Assembly: GCA_963666215.2 (NCBI GenBank)
Contig: CAXWPL010000003.1
Span: 320,001 to 384,000 of the forward strand
Source: Acidobacteriota bacterium
GTDB taxonomy: Bacteria; Acidobacteriota; UBA890; WLXD01
Reading direction: 5' to 3'
DNA length: 64,000 nt
The notes below the pieces were generated by a model. It saw only the letters and a list, made by a program, of their open reading frames with translations. It was not told where the DNA came from and did not search any database. The first letter of the stretch is position 1. Every line of letters begins with the position of its first letter. Both the position numbers and the translations under genes were made by a program. This document shows positions 1 through 9,487 of this stretch, in pieces.

Positions 1-1
1 C

Positions 2-841
2 GTCAACGGGTACGCGATGCGGCGAGCGATGTGGAGGTTGGATGCGGGCCCACCGATCCGCGAATGGATCCTGGCTGCAGAGCACTACAACCGTATGGTG
101 CGCATCCTGGCGAAGGGAATCCCGGTGGAGATGGAAGTGGAGATCAGAGTCGCCTTCGCCGGTGATGAGACGCACGACGGCACCGACTTCAACGTCATCG
201 CCGAGATCCCCGGCACCGACCTCGCCGACGAGCTCGTGCTGCTCGGAGGCCACCTGCAGTCGGAGCCCATCGGCACCGGCGCCACCGACGACGCCGCCGG
301 TGTGGTGATCTCGATGGAGGCCGTGCGCATCTTCCAGGCGCTGGGCATCAAGCCGCGCCGGACCATTCGCATCGGTCTGTGGGGCGGCCACGAGATGGGC
401 CTGTTCGGCAACCGCAGCCACGTCGCGGCGAACTTCGCCGACCTCGAGAATCGCGAGTACAGAGCCGACTACGACAAGCTGTCGGCCTACTACAACGTCG
501 ACAACGGCGCCCGCTGGATCAAGGGTGTTTCGGTGCTAGGAAGCGGGCCGGTCCACGCGATCTTCTCGGAATGGATCAAGCCGTTGCAGAGCCTGGGTAT
601 GAGCCACCTGTTCGCCGACGATATGGCGCACGAAGCGTACGAGGAGGTTGGCCTGCCGGGCTACTATTTCCGCCAGGACCGCACCGACGACCGCCGATAC
701 CACTCCAACATGGACGTCTACGATCGCTTGGTGCCGGAAGATCTGATGGCCAACGCGGTGATCCTGGCGACGTTCGTTTACCACACCGCGATGCGTGACG
801 AGATGTTGCCGCGCGTTGCTGCGCGCCCCTGGATCCCGTGA
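2..841 (+). CDS. M28-family (carboxypeptidase Q-like) metallopeptidase, C-terminal part; 5' end outside the window
   Basis: Frame is open from the window start. Motifs NVIAEIPGTD..DELVLLGGH, GTGATDDAAG, RRTIRIGLW, YYNVDNG, YHSNMDVYD. Some metal/catalytic positions are atypical (HLQS, GGHE). Confidence 0.8.
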   Translation, partial: VNGYAMRRAMWRLDAGPPIREWILAAEHYNRMVRILAKGIPVEMEVEIRVAFAGDETHDGTDFNVIAEIPGTDLADELVLLGGHLQSEPIGTGATDDAAGVVISMEAVRIFQALGIKPRRTIRIGLWGGHEMGLFGNRSHVAANFADLENREYRADYDKLSAYYNVDNGARWIKGVSVLGSGPVHAIFSEWIKPLQSLGMSHLFADDMAHEAYEEVGLPGYYFRQDRTDDRRYHSNMDVYDRLVPEDLMANAVILATFVYHTAMRDEMLPRVAARPWIP

Positions 842-870
842 TCTGCCCCTACGAGAAATCGGCCTGATCC

Positions 871-1659
871 ATGTGGCACGAGAAGGTGGTCTGGATCACC
901 GGCGCGTCGTCGGGCATTGGCGAGGCGGTGGCGCGCGAGCTCGACCGGCGCGGGGCTCGATTGGTTCTGTCGGCTCGGTGTGTAGAGCGCCAGCAGGCGC
1001 TGCGACGAGAGTGTACCGAGCCCGAACGGCACGCGGTGGTGCCGCTCGACCTATCCGATAGCGCGTCGATCATGACCGCCGTACAGACAACCCTCGAGCA
1101 TGCGGGTCGTGTCGACGTGATGGTCCACAACGCCGGCATCAGCCAGCGGTCGCTGGTGATCGAGACCGATCTCGAGGTCGACCGTCGCCTGCTCGAGGTC
1201 AACTTCTTCGGCACCGTGGCGCTCACCAAGGCGCTGCTGCCATCGATGCTCGAGGCCGGTGGCGGCCGTTTCGTCGTGGTCAGCAGCCTGGTGGGCAAGT
1301 TCGGGAGCCCGCTGCGCTCGGCCTACGCGGCCTCGAAGCACGCGCTCCACGGCTTCTTCGACTCGCTGCGAGCGGAGCTCTGGGACAAGGGCGTTCGCGT
1401 GACCCTGGTGTGCCCGGGGTTCATCAATCCCGACGTGTCGCGCCACGCGCTCACGGGCGACGGCTCGCCCCAGGGCACGATGGATCGGGGCCAGCTCACG
1501 GGCTATGCCGCCGGACGTTGCGCGGAGAAGATCGTGCGCGCCATCGAACGCGACCGCGAGGAGGTGTTGATCGGCGGCAAGGAACGGTACGGCGTCTACA
1601 TCAAGCGGTTCCTGCCTGGCCTGTTCAGCCGCCTGATCCGGCGGGTGCGGGTCACCTAG
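871..1659 (+). CDS. SDR-family oxidoreductase (DHRS7-like)
   Basis: TGASSGIG Rossmann motif, HNAGISQRS, catalytic YAASK. Confidence 0.9.
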   Translation: MWHEKVVWITGASSGIGEAVARELDRRGARLVLSARCVERQQALRRECTEPERHAVVPLDLSDSASIMTAVQTTLEHAGRVDVMVHNAGISQRSLVIETDLEVDRRLLEVNFFGTVALTKALLPSMLEAGGGRFVVVSSLVGKFGSPLRSAYAASKHALHGFFDSLRAELWDKGVRVTLVCPGFINPDVSRHALTGDGSPQGTMDRGQLTGYAAGRCAEKIVRAIERDREEVLIGGKERYGVYIKRFLPGLFSRLIRRVRVT

Positions 1660-1743
1660 TAGCCTCGCATGGGGCCTCGCTCGCGACGCGCAGCCCACGA
1701 GCAAGCAGGCCGCAGGCGAATTCGTGCGCCTGCTCGCCGACGC

Positions 1744-3156
1744 CTACTGGCCGGCGTCGGGTGCTGCCGCCAGATCCAGGACCACGTCGAGGTTGAAGCG
1801 CACGAAACGGTGGAGCTCGTCGACGAGGATGCGCTCCTGATCGCTATGGGCGCCGTAGCCCAGCGGGCCATCTTCGAGGTCGACTGCCGGGCCGATGCCG
1901 TAGCACTGGATGCCGCGATTTCGCAGGTACGCCATGTCGGTAGCGCCCGTCTGCATCATCGGCAGTGTCACGGTGTCGTAGTGCTTCGTGATGTTCGCCT
2001 CGAGGACCTCGAAGGCTTCCGTGTCGAGCCGGGCCTCTCCAGGCGGACGTGTATTGCGCTCGCCGAGGGAGACCTCCACTGACGGATCGTCGACAACTTC
2101 GCGGATGCGGTCGAGGAACTCGGGGATGCTCTCATCGGGCAGCGCACGCAGATCAACTGAACCTCTGGCCTCGGACGGGATGACGTTGATGCGATAGCCG
2201 GCGTCGACGATCGTCGGCGACAGCGACGAACGCAACATCGACGCGTGTCGCGGCTCGTTCTCCAGGAAGTACTCGTCGGCCTCGTGAATCGTGGCGGGAT
2301 CGAGCACCTTCTGGTAGATGGCGGCTTTGGCCGGGGGTGAGATCGCGGCAAGACGCCCGAAGTATGCGTTGGTGGTCTCGTTGAGGCGGACTGGCGAGCG
2401 CCAATCGGCGATCTTCGCTACCGCTTTGGCGAGATGCACCACGGCATTGGTCTTGAGCGGCACCGAGCCGTGCCCGGCCACACCCGTGGCCACCAGCTCC
2501 ACTCGATACGGGATCTTTTCAGCCGTCTCGATGGACGCGTAGGCCACTTCGCCACCCACGCGCGTCACGCTGCCGGCTTCGGCCAGGTAGTACTCGGCCT
2601 CGATGACATCGAGGTGTTCGTTGACCATGAACTCGATGCCGTACTGAACGTTACCCTCTTCGCCCGACTCCGCCAGGAAGATCACGTCGCGATCCAGCGG
2701 GATGTCACGGCGCTTGAGCTCGAGCATCACCATGAGCGCGGCAACGACGTTGTCCTTGTCGTCGACGGTGCCACGGCCGTAAACGTAGCCGTCCGCCACC
2801 GTGCCGCTGAACGGCGGGTAGGTCCACTTGTCGGGGTCGACGTTGACAGTGTCGGTGTGACCCATGATGAGCAGAGGCGGCTTGGCGCCAGAGCCGGCCA
2901 GCCGAGCGACAACGTTGGGTCGATTCTCGTCGTTCCAGTACATCTCCACCGCAATGCCTTCGGCTTCGAGGACCTCGCGCAGGTACTCGGCGGCGGGTCG
3001 TTCGACTCCGGGAGGGTCTCCCGTGTCGAATCGCAGTAGAGCCTGGAAATGGCGCAGCGTCTCGGCTTCGAGCGCGGCGCGCGCAGAATCGTCCGTCTGG
3101 CCAAAGACGAACGTGGGGCACAGGAGAAGCAGGCTAGCAACCGTGAGTTTTTTCAT
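1744..3156 (-). CDS. Secreted M20/M25/M40-family metallo-hydrolase
   Basis: Signal peptide; GHTDTV, YGRGTVDDK, ESGEE and GAHSDQE metal-binding motifs. Confidence 0.9.
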   Translation of the reverse strand: MKKLTVASLLLLCPTFVFGQTDDSARAALEAETLRHFQALLRFDTGDPPGVERPAAEYLREVLEAEGIAVEMYWNDENRPNVVARLAGSGAKPPLLIMGHTDTVNVDPDKWTYPPFSGTVADGYVYGRGTVDDKDNVVAALMVMLELKRRDIPLDRDVIFLAESGEEGNVQYGIEFMVNEHLDVIEAEYYLAEAGSVTRVGGEVAYASIETAEKIPYRVELVATGVAGHGSVPLKTNAVVHLAKAVAKIADWRSPVRLNETTNAYFGRLAAISPPAKAAIYQKVLDPATIHEADEYFLENEPRHASMLRSSLSPTIVDAGYRINVIPSEARGSVDLRALPDESIPEFLDRIREVVDDPSVEVSLGERNTRPPGEARLDTEAFEVLEANITKHYDTVTLPMMQTGATDMAYLRNRGIQCYGIGPAVDLEDGPLGYGAHSDQERILVDELHRFVRFNLDVVLDLAAAPDAGQ

Positions 3157-3248
3157 GCCGCGAGCCTATCAATCATGACGCTCACGTGTGGCGGCGAGGC
3201 CCAGCGCCTCCAGCTGGCGCCAGCGACGTTCAAGCTGCAGCGGCCTAG

Positions 3249-4293
3249 TTGTGAGTTCTAGGTAGGTTGTTCACGAACTCACCCCTGAGAGCCGAGCGAT
3301 CGGCGGTGTCATGCCGATGCCGGCGTGGGGACGGTGACGATTGTAGTGGTTGAGCCAGGGCCGTAGAGCTCGAGTACGTCGAGCTGAGGTCTGGTAGCAG
3401 GTGCCGTAGGCCCACTGCTCCTTGAGTGTGCGGATGAAGCGTTCGGCTTTGCCGTTGGTTCTGGGGGTGTAGGGCCGGGTGTAAATGTGCCGGATCTCGA
3501 GTTGATGGCATAGGCGATTGAAGCGCTTCGAGACGTAGCCAGGCCCGTTGTCTGTCATCACTCGGCGCACCGCTACTCCCATCGAAGCGAAGTGCTCGAC
3601 GGCTCGCTGCAGGAACGCTGTGCAGGTGTGTTGGTCTTCGGCGGGCAGCACTTCGACGTACGCCACCCGAGAGTGATCGTCGATAGCGACGTGGGCGTTC
3701 TCCCAGCCGACGCCGTAGGCCCGCTTGGAGCGGTCGCCGTGGATGCGGTGTCCAGGTCGCCGGATACGGGCCAGTTTCTTCGTATCCAGGTGCAGTAGGT
3801 CACCGGGGTGCTCGTACTCGTAGCGAACGATCTCGGGCTTGGGCTCGAGCGCATCAAGCTTGGCGAGTCCGAGCCGCTTCAGCCACGCCGAGACGGTCGA
3901 GCGCGGCACAGCCAACCTTCGGCTGATCTGCCAGGCCGTCAGTCGCCGCCGACGTAGCTTGTCGATCTGCCTCACAACTCCAGCGCTTGTTGCGTGCGGA
4001 CAGCACGTCGGCCGGCTTGATCGATCGAGCAGCCCGGCCTCACCTTCTCGCTCGTATCTATCCAGCCACTTGTAAACCGTTCGAGCCGACACGCCGAGCG
4101 CCGCCGCCGTTTCCGTCACGGGCTCCGCCCGCTCCCGGACTCGGCGGACCATCTCTCGGCGTATATACGGCGTCGTGCGGGCGTTACCATGCAGCTGCAT
4201 CGGGCGCTCCTTCTGAGGTCGTGGAGTCTTTTGAACAACCCCATTGATCTCAGAAGTGAGCCCCGATGTGAACAACCTACTTAGAAAACACAA
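3249..4293 (-). mobile_element. IS481-family insertion sequence, apparently complete (about 1.04 kb)
   Basis: Imperfect terminal inverted repeats TTGTGAGTTCTAGGTAGGTTGTTCAC (3249-3274) and GTGAACAACCTACTTAGAAAACACAA (4268-4293). CTAG flanks both ends (3245-3248, 4294-4297), matching the IS481 NCTAGN target. Confidence 0.93.
3271..4200 (-). CDS. IS481-family transposase
   Basis: AAGGAG RBS before ATG at 4200. N-terminus HGNARTT plus HTH; rve DDE core LHLDTKKL, MTDNG, TNGKAERF. Confidence 0.95.
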   Translation of the reverse strand: MQLHGNARTTPYIRREMVRRVRERAEPVTETAAALGVSARTVYKWLDRYEREGEAGLLDRSSRPTCCPHATSAGVVRQIDKLRRRRLTAWQISRRLAVPRSTVSAWLKRLGLAKLDALEPKPEIVRYEYEHPGDLLHLDTKKLARIRRPGHRIHGDRSKRAYGVGWENAHVAIDDHSRVAYVEVLPAEDQHTCTAFLQRAVEHFASMGVAVRRVMTDNGPGYVSKRFNRLCHQLEIRHIYTRPYTPRTNGKAERFIRTLKEQWAYGTCYQTSARRTRALRPWLNHYNRHRPHAGIGMTPPIARLSGVSS

Positions 4294-4501
4294 CTAGCCC
4301 TCGGCTGTCCGCGCGAGCAGTTTGCGGGCGATTCGGTCGATTCGGGCGAGGATTCAGCCGCAGACGGAGCGAATTGTCAACTTTCGCTCGACTGGCGCGC
4401 CGGCGGCGCAGCGGCTTCGGAGCGACCTGGAGCTTGCGACCCCGACCGGCGTGGTTGGAAGGACACTCTCCGTCGGGACAAGAAGCTGGCTGTAAGGACC
4501 C

Positions 4502-5473
4502 CTACCGGTTGTACTGAGGTACCGGTCCCCTCAGCCTCTGCCAAACGCGATCACACGCTTCGCAGTGAGCCGAGCTCAGAGCCGGCGTGTGGAGCGCCAG
4601 CAGGTTCTGCTCGAGCTGATCGAGCCGCGACGCTCCCAAGATGATGCAGTGAGCCTGTTGTCGCTGCAGCAGCCACGCGAAGGCGAGCTGAATGGGTGTG
4701 ATGCCCCCAGCGTGGGCGATCTCCTCGAGCTCCGCGACGGCATCGAAGTAGCTATCGTGCCAGTACCGGCCGAGGTACAGCTCGTTGCCGTCGAAGCGGG
4801 TGCCTGGCAGCGGCGCGGCGTCCTTACTGTGCTTGCCGGTCAGCAGGCCGCCCGCCAGTGGGTTGTAGACCATGTTGCTGACGCCGACCCTCGCGGTGAA
4901 GGCCAGGTACTCCTGCTCGATTCCACGCGCCACTAGATTGTACATGGGCTGTGAGATCCACGGCTTGGCGTAGCCTCTCTGGCCGCAGATCGAGTGCATC
5001 TCGAGGATTTGCCAGGCGCTGTAGTTCGACGTGGCGAGGTAGCGGATCTTGCCAGCCTCGCGAAGCTCCTCCATGGTCTCCAGCGTCTCTTCGATCGGCG
5101 TCTCGTGATCGGGCTGATGGAGGTAGTAGATGTCCAAGTAGTCGGTGTTGAGCCTTCTGAGAGAGTCGTCAAGGGCCCGGCGAATGGCCGCCCGCGAGAG
5201 GCCGGCGTACTCGACGGGATCTCCCATCGCACCCCACACCTTGCTGGCCAGGACGATGTCCTTGCGCTTGGTGCCCAGGACGCTCCCGAGGATCTCTTCC
5301 GATTTTCCCTGGTTGTAGGCGTTGGCGGTGTCGAAGAAGTTGATCCCTTCATCCAGGCAGCGGTCGACAATCCTCGCGGCTTCGCTCCGATCGCTCTGCG
5401 ATCCGAACGTCATCGTTCCTAAGCAAGCGCGCGAAACCTCGAGATCGGTATGGGCGAGCTGCCTCTTCTGCAC
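4502..5473 (-). CDS. Aldo/keto reductase
   Basis: CLGTMTFG, FFDTANAY, SLRRLNTDYLDIYYLH, YNPLAGGLLTGK. Confidence 0.92.
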   Translation of the reverse strand: MQKRQLAHTDLEVSRACLGTMTFGSQSDRSEAARIVDRCLDEGINFFDTANAYNQGKSEEILGSVLGTKRKDIVLASKVWGAMGDPVEYAGLSRAAIRRALDDSLRRLNTDYLDIYYLHQPDHETPIEETLETMEELREAGKIRYLATSNYSAWQILEMHSICGQRGYAKPWISQPMYNLVARGIEQEYLAFTARVGVSNMVYNPLAGGLLTGKHSKDAAPLPGTRFDGNELYLGRYWHDSYFDAVAELEEIAHAGGITPIQLAFAWLLQRQQAHCIILGASRLDQLEQNLLALHTPALSSAHCEACDRVWQRLRGPVPQYNR

Positions 5474-5653
5474 CGCGATGCGCTCCTTTGGTTGTTGGCC
5501 GTCCGCGAGTATAGTGCGCCGCCCGAAGACCTCGCTCGATGGGGGCGGTCACCGACACGGGTCGGCCGGGCGAGCCGCGACGACTTCGGCAACACCCGCT
5601 CACGTGTCTTGAGAATTTATTGACATCTTCTTGAAGCGGACCGTGGTGGCCCG

Positions 5654-7326
5654 CTACCACAGCCTCTCGATCTCATCCGTGAGCCCCGTCATTTCCCAGC
5701 GGATGAGCGACATCGGCATCAGCCCCGCATCCAAGAACGCGTCCATGAAGCTACCCATCCTGAAGCTGTCGCCGAGCTGGTGGGCTCGATCGGCGAGCAG
5801 CTTGTTGAACTGCACCTTGCCGATCGAATAGGCGAGCTCCACTCCGGGCGCCCACATCGTGTCCCTGGCGCCGTCGTGGTCCCACAGGGCGAAGGTGTCT
5901 CTGGCGGCCCAGCCGTAGGGGGTCGCCTGGACTCCGAAGCGGACCGAGGCGGCATAGTCGAGCTCGTTGGCGTGGAAGCTCAGGTCGGCCAGCGCGCGCA
6001 CCGCACGGTAGAGGCAACGAGGTAGACGACCTCTCGTGCCCGGGGTCGGTCGTCGAGGATGCCGGCGTGCATCAGCATCTCTTCGAGCCCGCAGCCGAGC
6101 CCCTCGTTGCGGGCGTAAGTCATCTCGTAGAGCCGCTGGCTGGCTCGTATCGGAGACAGATGGTCCTTCGATCGCACGCGATCGAGGGCGTGCCCGGTGG
6201 CGCCGTAGTGGATGGCGCGTTGCAACGGGTTGCGCAGGATCATGTGGTCGAACAGATCCAGCGGCTCTTCTGGCGTCGCCGAATCCGTCAACCAGACCGG
6301 CGACGGCGTTTCCAAGACTGGCCGCGTCAGGTTGTCGGGAAGAGTCATGAGCTGCCCCTCTCGGACGAAGCGGAAGAGGTACTCCTCCGCTTCGTTCCAT
6401 TGCCGGATCCACGCGGCCTCGCTTGGGGCAGCCTCGAGCTTCGGCAGGTCGCGGTTGCGAAGCTCCTCCAGCTTCAGCGCGGCAACCACGCGGCCGTACT
6501 CGCTGTGCGCGATCGCCCGAGCCTCCTGCCAGGTGTACGGAAGCAGCCACACGTTCTTCAGCCACCAGTCGTAGTTCTCGACTCCAACGCCTGTCGGCGC
6601 CGTCATCGCGTCGAGGTTGTCCTCGATCCAGGCTCGGTAGTCGCCCACCGCGGTCGCGGCCGTCACGACGTCGGCGGCCAGATGCGGATGATGCTCGCGA
6701 ACCAGCGCCAACGACTCGCGCAGCAGCAGCCCGCCCTTCTCCATCGAGCGGATCCCGAGCAGCGCCGCGTCGCGCTTCGCCTCTGTGAGCACGATGTTGC
6801 CCCTGGCCTGCGCGAGGATCCCCGGCAGCGCCCGGAGCTTCTGGCCGTAGGCCTCGAGCTCCTCCTCGCCCAACGGCACCTCGGGCGGCGCCGCGACTCC
6901 GTAGAAGGGCATGCTGGTCGAGCTCGCCGAGCCCCAGTAGAAGTCGGGGCTGGTCGCCCATGGCCTCAGCACCCGATGGTAGAAGTCCAGGCCGTTCATC
7001 TCGGCGCGCACCAGGTGATAGTCGACCTGCTGCGAGATTGGCCACTCGTCGATAACGAAGGTGGCCAGACGGCGTTGGTGTTGGCGCTATCCGCGATACT
7101 GGCGGTCCATGGCCGCGGCGGTGTAGTCGGGCACTCCGTCGTTGACCGTCGGCTCACGGAGCTCGCGAAAACTCTCGAACAGAACCACGAGGTCGTCATA
7201 GCCGCTGGCGGCCTGGCTCACACGGGCGGCGGCCGCCGAGGCTGCAGGGATGAGCCCCGCCGCGCCAGCGAGAGCGAGCACTGGCAGCACGACCGCGGCT
7301 GCCGTCGAAAACCGTGCTGTGCTCAT
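5654..7326 (-). pseudogene. DUF885-like secreted protein, paralog 1 (interrupted)
   Basis: Signal peptide, then GVPDYT..AM, an in-frame TAG at 7087-7089, then VDYHLVRAEMNGLDF. A frameshift near 6010 precedes the C-terminal LIRWEMTG. Colinear with the adjacent paralog. Confidence 0.8.
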
Positions 7327-7416
7327 CAGTCGCCTTCTGTCGGCGCGCGAGATCGCTGGCAAGCGGATCGGCTGGCCGAACCCGATGTGTTCGGCCTCAG
7401 ACGCGATCCGGGCGGG

Positions 7417-9123
7417 CTACCACAGCTTGTCCACCTCGTCGGTGAGCCCCGTGAGCTCCCAGTGGACGAGCGCAAACGGGATGAGCCCGGCATCCAGGAT
7501 CTCGTCGATCAGGTCGGGCATGTTGAAGTCGTCGCCGAGCTGGTGGGCACGCTCGGCGACGATCTTCTCGAACTGGGATCTCCCCACGGGGTAAGCCACT
7601 TGATACCCGGGAGCGCGGACGGCGTCGCGCTTGTGGTTCCACATCGAGCTGCTGTCGGCAATCGCCCAGCCGCGCGGCGTGTTGTCGGCCTCGAACTGGT
7701 TCCAACCGGCGTAGTCGACCTGGTTGGCGATGAACTTCAGCTCGCCCATCGCGCGTGCGGCCTCGTAGGTGAACTCGAGGACCTGGAGCTCGCGCGCCCG
7801 GCGGCCCGGGCTCTCGTCGTACACGCCCGCATACATGAGCATCTCCTCGATGCCGCCGCCGAACCCCTCCCATCGGGGGTGGGTCGACTCGTAGAGACGC
7901 CGTGCCGAACGTATCGGCGACAGATGGTCCATCGGCCGGACGGAATCGAGCCCGTGGCCGATGTCCTCGTGGATGATGTTCATCTTGGGGTTGCGCGCGA
8001 TCAGATTCGTGAAGAACGGCATCGGCCGGCCGATCCAGCTCGTTGACGCCGGTATCCGGACGTCGCCGAGCGTCTCGTAGCCGTCGGCCAGGCTGTCGAA
8101 GCCGCGTTCCCGAAGGAACCGCAACAACTCGTCCTCGGCGTCGGTATACGCCTGCAGGTACTCCATCGGATCTGTCATGGGAACCAGCGGCGGCAGGTCG
8201 AGGTTGCCGTTTTCCTCGAGTCTCAACGTCGCCATGTTGCGGTCCCACTCGCGGCGCGCCAGCGCCCAGGCCTCGTCCCAGGTGTAGGGCATCAACCAGA
8301 CGTTCTTCGCCCACCAGTTGAAGTTCTCGACTCCAACGCCCGTCGGCGCGGTCATCAAGTGCAGGTTGTCCTTGATCCAGTCTCGATAGTCCTGCACCGC
8401 CGCGAACGCCGCTTCGGCGTCGGCGACCAGCTCCGGGTGATGCTCCTGAAAGCGCGGTACCAACTCTCCCACCAGCATGCCCTCGCGCTCCATCGACCGG
8501 ATGCCCAGGAGAGCCATGTCGCGCTTGGCCTCGGCCAGGACGATGTTGGCTTTACCCTGTGCAAGGATCTTCGGCAAGGCACGCAACCTCACGCGGTAGG
8601 CGTCGATCTGTTCGGCGTCCAAGGGCAGGTCCGGGCGTGCCGACAGCCAGAAGTAGAAGCCGGGCTCGACCTTGGAGCTCGAGAAGCCGTAGAACGGTGA
8701 GCCCTTGGAGCTCGGCGAGCCCTAGTAGAAGTCGGGGCTGGTCGACCACGGCTTCATCACCCGGTGATAGAACTCGAGGCCGTTCATCTCGGCCCTGGCC
8801 AGGTGATAGTCGACCTGTTGCGGAATTGGCCACGCGCTGATGTCGAACGCCGCGAGACGACGCTGGTACTCGCCGAGCTCCCGATACTGCCGTGCCATGG
8901 CTGCTGGCGTGTAGTCCGGCACTCCGTCGGTGACCACTGGCTCGTGAAATACCCGGAATCTCTGGAAGAGCGCGACCAGGTCTTCGAAGCTACCGCCACG
9001 CTGGATCGCGGCCGAGGCCTCGGTCTCGGCGGCCGCCACCAGCGGCATTGCCTCGTGAGGCGAAGCCCCTGCCATGGACAGCATCATCATCAAACCGCTT
9101 GCGGCAACGGATCTCACGTACAC
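7417..9123 (-). pseudogene. DUF885-like secreted protein, paralog 2 (single in-frame TAG)
   Basis: ORFs 8722-9411 and 7417-8622 are in the same frame, separated only by TAG at 8722-8724 (PDFY*GSP versus PDFYWGS in paralog 1). GAGGAGG precedes GTG at 9123; the start is uncertain. Confidence 0.78.
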
Positions 9124-9487
9124 GACGGGCCTCCTCACGGTGATTGGACGCGCGATCACTATACCGCCGCTACAACGCAATCTCGCGGCTCGGTCGCAGT
9201 CTGCTGGCCGTCGAACGCATGTGCGAATGGGCGGCACCCTACGTCGAACGCTAGCGGCCCGAATCGCGCCACGTTCGGGTTGGGGTATCGCCCCACTGTT
9301 CGAGCCGAGAAGCGGAGCGTCGAAGCTGTGAGTCGACCTAGCGAGCCCCCGGACCCGCGGGCCGTCGGTGACGCCCCCGCGCGGCGATGGACGCTCGACT
9401 CGAGCGGACAAATCTCGACTTGTGTGCGGTAGCCCATAAGATGGCGTGGTGTCGCCACTCGAACCAGAACCTCACTCGGGTACCGAG

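Noticed and set aside
6067-8046. Long antisense or alternative-frame ORFs (for example 6067-8046 +, 13533-15557 -, 16723-18546 -, 23611-25335 -, 48002-49636 +)
   Set aside because: They shadow well-supported genes on the other strand, carry no recognisable motifs, and are expected in high-GC DNA with biased codon usage.
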